Virus record (IMG/VR): IMGVR_UViG_3300045988_003906
Location: 1-5,611 of that record
From: a virus
Direction: 5' to 3' (one strand)
Length of the DNA: 5,611 nucleotides
Part shown: positions 1-3,110 of the stretch, one piece after another
Numbering within the stretch: position 1 is the first letter of the stretch
How the letters are laid out: every line of letters starts with the position of its first letter
Notes under the pieces: model-generated
Database searches by the model: none
What the model saw: only the letters and a program-made list of their open reading frames with translations
Told to the model about the DNA's origin: nothing
Position numbers and translations under genes: made by a program

Positions 1-55
1 AAGCACTGGCACAGGAGGGGCGGGAAGAAAACCGGGAAGAAAACCAAGCAAAGAT
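1..55. repeat. Terminal redundancy, copy 1 (identical to 5557..5611): overlap of a circular genome assembly
   Basis: Read base by base: aagcactggcacaggaggggcgggaagaaaaccgggaagaaaaccaagcaaagat occurs at 1..55 and again at 5557..5611. The unit length is therefore 5556 nt. An ORF continues in frame across the implied junction. Confidence 0.95.
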
Positions 56-130
56 GAACTCGAATACAAACCAGGAAGAGATTACATCGGGAGCAAAAAC
101 GTCGAATTTTGGAAAGGAAAACTAAAATAA
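1..130 (+). CDS. VP2: 3' end of VP2 (minor capsid / DNA pilot protein), wrapping from 4838..5556 across the circular junction; partial in the linear window
   Basis: The frame is carried over from 4838 (position 1 is the third base of a codon; codons start at 2, 5, ...). It reads ...[40 protein letters not shown], then TAA at 128..130, directly abutting the VP4 ATG at 131. Confidence 0.85.
   Translation, partial: STGTGGAGRKPGRKPSKDELEYKPGRDYIGSKNVEFWKGKLK
21..44 (+). repeat. Perfect 12-nt tandem duplication (cgggaagaaaac x2) inside the VP2 C-terminus, encoding GRKP-GRKP; also seen at 5577..5600 in the redundant copy
   Basis: 21..32 and 33..44 are identical. The duplication is in frame (12 nt = 4 codons). 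Confidence 0.9.
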
Positions 131-1150
131 ATGGGATGCAATAAACCGCTAATCCGGTTTTATGTGCCTCATAACAGAGAGGCGAGCGGGCGAGTGTACT
201 CACTCGCCTCTTTTAACGAGATACACAAAACCAAAATAACTTACGAAGATTTAATATACAGGAAAGATGTAATGTTGATACCATGCGGACAATGCACCGG
301 ATGCAGACTCCGCAAACGCAAAGACTGGTCTACACGAATGGAACTAGAAGCATACGGACACAACAAAGAAACCATCTGGTTTATTACACTGACTTATGAT
401 GATGACCATGTACCAACACAAGACACAGAGACAGGCGAAATCTACAAGGGTGGCATAAACATCTGGAAAGGCACCTCAGAGCGTCCAAGAACAGCGCAAA
501 CTCTAAGCGTAGAGGATACCCAACTATTTATAAAAAGGCTCAGAAAGGCCGTCAAAGAGCCTCTGAGATACTTTTTAGCGGGAGAATACGGAGACAACAC
601 AGCACGACCGCACTATCACATGATACTATACGGGTGGCATCCAGACGACTTAGAACCAATACACAAACTGTCAAGACACGGTCATTATACAAGCGATAAG
701 CTAGTAAAAATCTGGGGACAAGGTACAGTGGACATAGCACAGGCAACACCAGAGACATATAATTATGTTGCAGGGTATGTAACCAAAAAACTATACGGGA
801 ACGACAAAAAACGTTACCAAAAAATGGGTTTAATACCACCATTTTGCACCATGAGCCGTAAGCCGGGGCTCGGGGACAAGTGGTTTGAGGACAACCAAGA
901 GCGACTCTGGCAACAAGGATACATACAGCTTACCAACGGCAAGAGAGCCGCAATACCAGAATACTACTGGCGAAAACTAGAGGCCACAAATCCCGAAAAA
1001 GCATGGAGAATCAAGAAGTATCGGCAGGGAAAAGCTATAGCGTCCCTAATCGATAGAAACTCGGAAACCGATAAACCATATGCAGAGCAGTTAAAAGACA
1101 AAGAAACCTCCATGTCAAAGAAAATGAGCAAAGCCAAAGGAGTATTTTGA
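131..1150 (+). CDS. VP4: VP4, Microviridae replication initiation protein (HUH/rolling-circle endonuclease)
   Basis: 339-aa ORF with the three rolling-circle Rep motifs in order. These are WFITLTY (motif 1), ARPHYHMILYGW (HUH, His codons at 611..619) and YNYVAGYVTKK (tyrosine motif, Y codons at 758, 764 and 776). An N-terminal Cys cluster PCGQCTGCRLRK is typical of gokushovirus VP4. The ATG abuts the VP2 stop. Confidence 0.95.
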   Translation: MGCNKPLIRFYVPHNREASGRVYSLASFNEIHKTKITYEDLIYRKDVMLIPCGQCTGCRLRKRKDWSTRMELEAYGHNKETIWFITLTYDDDHVPTQDTETGEIYKGGINIWKGTSERPRTAQTLSVEDTQLFIKRLRKAVKEPLRYFLAGEYGDNTARPHYHMILYGWHPDDLEPIHKLSRHGHYTSDKLVKIWGQGTVDIAQATPETYNYVAGYVTKKLYGNDKKRYQKMGLIPPFCTMSRKPGLGDKWFEDNQERLWQQGYIQLTNGKRAAIPEYYWRKLEATNPEKAWRIKKYRQGKAIASLIDRNSETDKPYAEQLKDKETSMSKKMSKAKGVF

Positions 1151-1163
1151 CACTTTGGTGTCA

Positions 1164-1210
1164 CTCAGCCAAGTAACTATCAAGTAAGATACTTGGCTGA
1201 GAATTTTATT
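1164..1210 (+). terminator. Hairpin terminator candidate after VP4 (end of the genome-length transcription unit)
   Basis: A perfect 12-bp stem, ctcagccaagta (1164..1175) pairing with tacttggctgag (1190..1201), has a 14-nt loop and is followed by aattttatt. A second 6-bp hairpin, tgacac/gtgtca (1148..1153 / 1158..1163), encloses the VP4 TGA stop. The loop is large for a classical intrinsic terminator. Confidence 0.55.
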
Positions 1211-1219
1211 GAATCATTA

Positions 1220-1263
1220 AATGCACACGCACGCGCACGTAATCGCGCACGCGCACGTGCATT
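1220..1263. repeat. (GCGCAC)n-like alternating purine/pyrimidine tract arranged as an imperfect palindrome
   Basis: Hexamer register: ACGCAC GCGCAC GTAATC GCGCAC GCGCAC GTGCAT. The 13-nt direct repeat cgcacgcgcacgt occurs at 1228..1240 and 1246..1258. The outer inverted arms are aatgcac (1220..1226) and gtgcatt (1257..1263). Strictly alternating Py-Pu runs cover 1222..1241 (20 nt) and 1244..1261 (18 nt). Folded as a hairpin by hand it gives about 14 of 19 pairs, and all mismatches are A.C. Confidence 0.85.
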
Positions 1264-1318
1264 ATATTATTATTTTTATTATTAACTTGTTGTAGACGTA
1301 GTAGTAGGGAGTGTTGAA

Positions 1319-1402
1319 ATGTTGAATACTATGAATTTTTATCCTTGGAACGATATTTTTTGGCTAATTTTAATGTTGATACTTTTGTGGAAAACATGTT
1401 GA
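1319..1402 (+). CDS. Candidate 27-aa hydrophobic micropeptide (speculative)
   Basis: Hand translation gives MLNTMNFYPWNDIFWLILMLILLWKTC, with a stop TGA at 1400..1402. AGGGAG (1306..1311) lies 7 nt upstream of the ATG. The ORF sits in T-rich non-coding-looking DNA, which yields hydrophobic codons by composition alone. Confidence 0.2.
   Translation: MLNTMNFYPWNDIFWLILMLILLWKTC
1386..1394 (-). promoter_or_regulatory. DnaA-box-like 9-mer (TTTTCCACA on the minus strand), copy 1
   Basis: The + strand reads tgtggaaaa, whose reverse complement is TTTTCCACA. This fits the relaxed DnaA box TT(A/T)TNCACA. It is embedded in the 21-nt repeat. Confidence 0.35.
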
Positions 1403-1423
1403 ATTGTTGAAAGTGTAGCAATA

Positions 1424-1443
1424 TGCACAAAAACCTTTGTGCA
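1424..1443. other. Perfect 8-bp hairpin between the two 21-nt repeats
   Basis: tgcacaaa (1424..1431), loop aacc, tttgtgca (1436..1443). Confidence 0.6.
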
Positions 1444-1449
1444 ACATTT

Positions 1450-1458
1450 TGTGGAAAA
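1450..1458 (-). promoter_or_regulatory. DnaA-box-like 9-mer (TTTTCCACA on the minus strand), copy 2
   Basis: The + strand reads tgtggaaaa at 1450..1458, in the same orientation as copy 1 and 64 nt downstream of it. Confidence 0.35.
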
Positions 1459-1528
1459 CCTGTTGAAACTGTTGAAACTGTTGAAAAAGCAATTAAAGGC
1501 CGTCCGGCGAGCGAAACCGAGAAGCCAC

Positions 1529-1568
1529 GTCATGCTCTTTGCACGGCGCACCGCGCCTAGCGCATGAC
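1529..1568. other. GC-rich nested hairpin inside a GC island (about 1497..1572); candidate ssDNA structural element
   Basis: The outer stem is gtcatgctct (1529..1538) pairing with agcgcatgac (1559..1568), 10 bp with one T.C mismatch. The inner hairpin is ggcgc (1545..1549), loop acc, gcgcc (1553..1557). The element is flanked by AT-rich sequence. Confidence 0.5.
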
Positions 1569-1573
1569 CTCTC

Positions 1574-1622
1574 AAAAAAAGTTTAAAAAAACTATTGACA
1601 AATCTAAAAAGTATAGTATAAT
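1574..1622 (+). promoter_or_regulatory. Near-consensus sigma70-type promoter with UP-element-like A-tracts
   Basis: TTGACA (1595..1600), a 16-nt spacer, then TATAAT (1617..1622). Upstream is A7-GTTT-A7 (1574..1591), which falls at about -38 to -55 relative to a predicted start near 1629. Downstream, AAAGGAAGG (1633..1641) lies 9 nt before the ATG at 1651. Confidence 0.75.
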
Positions 1623-1650
1623 ATAATCGAAGAAAGGAAGGCAACAAAAA

Positions 1651-1848
1651 ATGAAAAAGCCTAGACTGAACGAAAGGACCATCGCAAGACTCGAAATCTA
1701 CGGGCTAGCATGGTGCAGCAAATATTACTACGAGATAAAAGACTACATGGACTCGGAAGGAAATCGTTACGAGACACTTGAACGGACAAATCTTAAAACC
1801 GGAGACATAGACGAATTCGACTGGGATGAATACATTAAAAAGGCTTGA
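1651..1848 (+). CDS. Hypothetical 65-aa protein, first gene after the promoter; no family recognised
   Basis: The ATG has a GGAAGG Shine-Dalgarno 9 nt upstream and the consensus promoter 30-55 nt upstream. The stop TGA (1846..1848) sits in the loop of a terminator hairpin. The base composition is A-rich like the other coding regions. Protein: MKKPRLNERTIARLEIYGLAWCSKYYYEIKDYMDSEGNRYETLERTNLKTGDIDEFDWDEYIKKA. Confidence 0.7.
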   Translation: MKKPRLNERTIARLEIYGLAWCSKYYYEIKDYMDSEGNRYETLERTNLKTGDIDEFDWDEYIKKA

Positions 1849-1864
1849 CAAGCCTTTTTTTTTT
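1837..1864 (+). terminator. Intrinsic terminator-like hairpin plus T10 run after the 65-aa ORF
   Basis: aaaaaggctt (1837..1846), loop gac, aagccttttt (1850..1859), within a T run spanning 1855..1864. The upstream A-run makes it symmetric. A weaker second hairpin, agcac/gtgct (1888..1892 / 1896..1900), followed by a T run, lies downstream. Confidence 0.6.
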
Positions 1865-1949
1865 ACCTATACTGGAAACAGTTAAACAGCACAAAGTGCT
1901 TTTTTTACAAAACAATTTATACAAAAATAATTTTAAGGAGGTGTTTGCT

Positions 1950-2054
1950 CTGACTCTCAAAGAAATTAACGCGCTGTTTAACAACATCCGCAAAATCTTA
2001 GCCATGTTGGATAAGATTTACCACGCCGTAGAAAGCAAAAAGCCCGAGGAATAA
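1950..2054 (+). CDS. Possible 34-aa helical peptide initiated at CTG behind a perfect Shine-Dalgarno (uncertain start)
   Basis: AAGGAGGTG (1935..1943) is the strongest SD in the window. The only in-frame start-like codon at proper spacing is CTG at 1950, 8 nt after GGAGG. Product: (M/L)TLKEINALFNNIRKILAMLDKIYHAVESKKPEE. The track's TTG start at 1845 lies inside the terminator stem. Confidence 0.3.
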   Translation: MTLKEINALFNNIRKILAMLDKIYHAVESKKPEE

Positions 2055-2074
2055 CAAAAAGCCCGAGGAATAAC
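2037..2074 (+). repeat. Perfect 19-nt tandem duplication aaaaagcccgaggaataac x2
   Basis: 2037..2055 and 2056..2074 are identical. Copy 1 encodes KKPEE plus the TAA stop (2052..2054). Copy 2 supplies GAGGAA (2065..2070) 7 nt before the GTG at 2078. Confidence 0.95.
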
Positions 2075-2077
2075 CAA

Positions 2078-2299
2078 GTGAAAACATGGAACGTACGAGA
2101 TCAGACCGATACAACACTAGCGATGACACTCGCAAAAACTTACAAGGAGATCGAGGCGACATACAAGCACGTAAGAACAGCCGCCACGATAGAAGACGCA
2201 AAATTTTATATCGAAATGGCATTTCGCAAAAAAAATTTTGCAAATGAAATCGAGATGGAACAAATCCGAAGGAGAATCAACAATGGCGAAGAGGAGTAG
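2078..2299 (+). CDS. Hypothetical 73-aa protein (GTG start); no family recognised
   Basis: The GTG has a GAGGAA SD at 7-nt spacing. The predicted protein is helical and charged (…AKTYKEIEATYKHVRTAATIEDAKFYIEMAFRKKNFANEIEMEQIRRRINNGEEE). Its 3' end overlaps the next gene by 17 nt and contains that gene's SD. Confidence 0.55.
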   Translation: MKTWNVRDQTDTTLAMTLAKTYKEIEATYKHVRTAATIEDAKFYIEMAFRKKNFANEIEMEQIRRRINNGEEE

Positions 2300-2402
2300 A
2301 GTACGCAAATCCAAAGACGCAAAAATTTACAACAAGACCGCACGAAAGACCAAGGCAATCAACCTTGGCACCGGTGCAATGCGAGGGGGCATTAGATTAT
2401 GA
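2283..2402 (+). CDS. VP8: Small highly basic DNA-binding/packaging protein (phiX174 J-like; gokushovirus ORF8/VP8-like); absent from the ORF track
   Basis: Hand translation gives MAKRSRVRKSKDAKIYNKTARKTKAINLGTGAMRGGIRL (39 aa, 13 K/R). AAGGAG (2269..2274) lies 8 nt before the ATG. The stop TGA (2400..2402) overlaps the next ATG (2399) as ATGA. The size, charge and C-terminal RGGxR(L/F)-type ending match my recollection of the small basic peptides of SpV4/Chlamydia-type microviruses. Confidence 0.72.
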   Translation: MAKRSRVRKSKDAKIYNKTARKTKAINLGTGAMRGGIRL

Positions 2403-2638
2403 TTAACGTGTATGGTATCTACGACCAGTGTGCTATGTGCTACATCACCACATTTAACGAGCGAGACGATAAAGTCGCCGAGCGCAACTTTAAGATTGCG
2501 CTCACGGACGAACAAAACATCATGAGCAAGACGCCAAGCGACTACAGACTTGTGCGGCTCGCAAAGTTTGATGAAAACGAAGGCACATTCAAAGAAGAAA
2601 AGGAGAACATTTACGATGGCGTATCGCTCAGTAAGTAA
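2399..2638 (+). CDS. VP5: VP5-like small non-structural protein (ORF5 family, proposed ssDNA synthesis/packaging role)
   Basis: 79-aa ORF in the canonical position immediately upstream of and overlapping VP3. GAGGGGG lies 9 nt upstream of the ATG. The pattern INVYGIYD...F...AERNF...P.DY.LVRLAKFDENEGTF resembles what I recall of gokushovirus VP5. This needs HMM confirmation. Confidence 0.65.
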   Translation: MINVYGIYDQCAMCYITTFNERDDKVAERNFKIALTDEQNIMSKTPSDYRLVRLAKFDENEGTFKEEKENIYDGVSLSK

Positions 2639-3110
2639 CTACAGACAAACCGCAGCGGCATGGCCGACCGAAGCCGGCGAAAGTGTGAGACGTACATACC
2701 TTTGGGAGCGAAACGAAAAAGGCGAAAAAGTACTGAGGCTCGACCAGACAATTGACCAACAAGCGGAAATAAATAGCTACCTAGAAGAAACCAAAATAGA
2801 AAACATCATACGGCGGGCAAGCATCGACCCAAACATTGCAGCGCGAATCGCGCCAGACCTTGGCGGCGGCATCCAAGACTACACCGAGGCACCGCAGACA
2901 CTGGCAGAGCTCCAGAATATCATGATTCGGGCTGAGCAGATTTGGGACGAAGTGCCGAAAGAAACCAAACTCAAATTTGACAACGACGTCGATAAATTTA
3001 TTGCATCGTTCGGCACAGTCGAATGGGCTAAAAATCTGGGCATATATCAGGAAAAACAGACCGAAACCGAAACGGCCAAGGCAACGGAGGCTAAAGAATC
3101 TAAAGAATGA
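2616..3110 (+). CDS. VP3: VP3, internal scaffolding protein
   Basis: I chose the ATG at 2616 (MAYRSVSNY...) because AAGGAG (2600..2605) precedes it by 10 nt. The track's TTG at 2550 and the ATG at 2571 lack an SD. The central/C-terminal region DYTEAPQTLAELQNIMIRAEQIWDEVPKETKLKFDNDVDKFIASF matches the conserved core of Chlamydia-phage-type scaffold proteins. The stop overlaps the VP1 ATG (ATGA at 3107..3110). Confidence 0.85.
   Translation: MAYRSVSNYRQTAAAWPTEAGESVRRTYLWERNEKGEKVLRLDQTIDQQAEINSYLEETKIENIIRRASIDPNIAARIAPDLGGGIQDYTEAPQTLAELQNIMIRAEQIWDEVPKETKLKFDNDVDKFIASFGTVEWAKNLGIYQEKQTETETAKATEAKESKE

Larger units (their letters stand above)
1312..1486 (+). repeat. Iteron-like array: 8 same-orientation copies of TGTTGA(A/T)(A/T), including 3 tandem 9-mers
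   Basis: Copies start at 1312, 1320, 1374, 1397, 1405, 1461, 1470 and 1479. The last three form the tandem tgttgaaac-tgttgaaac-tgttgaaaa. A degenerate tgttgta lies at 1288. A 21-nt repeat, ttttgtggaaaac[a/c]tgttgaa, occurs at 1383..1403 and 1447..1467 (20/21 identical, 64 nt apart). I saw no inverted copies (tcaaca) within the array. Confidence 0.85.

Noticed and set aside
1-55. Terminal repeats as LTR/ITR of a mobile element or linear phage ends
   Set aside because: The repeat is direct, lies in the middle of a coding sequence that reads through the junction, and has a length typical of an assembler k-mer overlap. All of this is consistent with a circular microvirus genome.
1202-1290. XerC/XerD dif-like site, because some gokushoviruses are known to lysogenise at dif
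   Set aside because: Hand alignment of the proteobacterial (GGTGCGCATAA-TGTATA-TTATGTTAAAT) and Firmicutes-type dif consensus, on both strands, gave at best about 7/11 on one arm and about 5/11 on the other. This is not convincing. A proper profile scan against the presumed host's dif would be needed.
1279-1292. phiX174-like origin core (AACTTG next to AT-rich sequence)
   Set aside because: Only a 6-mer matches CAACTTGATATTAATAAC, and the AT-rich part is on the wrong side. This is expected by chance.
1221-1295. 24-aa His-rich mini-ORF MHTHAHVIAHAHVHYIIIFIINLL
   Set aside because: It is a by-product of translating the (GCGCAC)n tract and the AT run, and it has no SD.
1371-1382. 12-nt exact match taatgttgatac between the iteron block and VP4 coding sequence (280..291)
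   Set aside because: About one 12-mer coincidence is expected by chance in a 5.5-kb sequence. It is noted only because it contains an iteron-like TGTTGATA.
1461-1487. Possible mini-CRISPR or crRNA-handle mimic, since TGTTGAAAC repeats resemble the ...TTGAAAC 3' ends of some CRISPR repeats
   Set aside because: The units are 9 nt and directly tandem with no spacers, far too short for CRISPR repeats. The resemblance is to a 7-mer only.
1423-1560. + strand 45-aa ORF MHKNLCATFCGKPVETVETVEKAIKGRPASETEKPRHALCTAHRA
   Set aside because: It has no SD. It reads through a hairpin, iterons (VETVETVEK is the tandem repeat) and the GC island, so it is more parsimoniously non-coding.
1339-1647. 102-aa minus-strand ORF spanning the intergenic region
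   Set aside because: It starts at a TTG inside the + strand leader and runs antisense through the promoter, GC island and iterons. Its FNSFNSFNRFS repeat is just the translated TGTTGAAAC tandem. I saw no SD. It is the only minus ORF not shadowing a gene, so it deserves a quick homology check, but it is most likely spurious.
1904-1933. Secondary promoter TTTACA-N18-TAATTT upstream of the AAGGAGGTG
   Set aside because: Both hexamers are weak and lie in generally AT-rich sequence. The predicted start would fall on or inside the SD.
1845-1949. TTG start at 1845 for the 69-aa ORF
   Set aside because: The start codon lies inside the terminator stem, and the first codons translate the T10 run (SLFFLP). 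No SD is present. A perfect SD occurs 90 nt further in.
2550-2615. N-terminal extension of VP3 from the track's TTG at 2550 (or the ATG at 2571)
   Set aside because: Neither has an SD, and both lie deep inside VP5. The ATG at 2616 has AAGGAG 10 nt upstream and gives a typical scaffold-protein length (164 aa).
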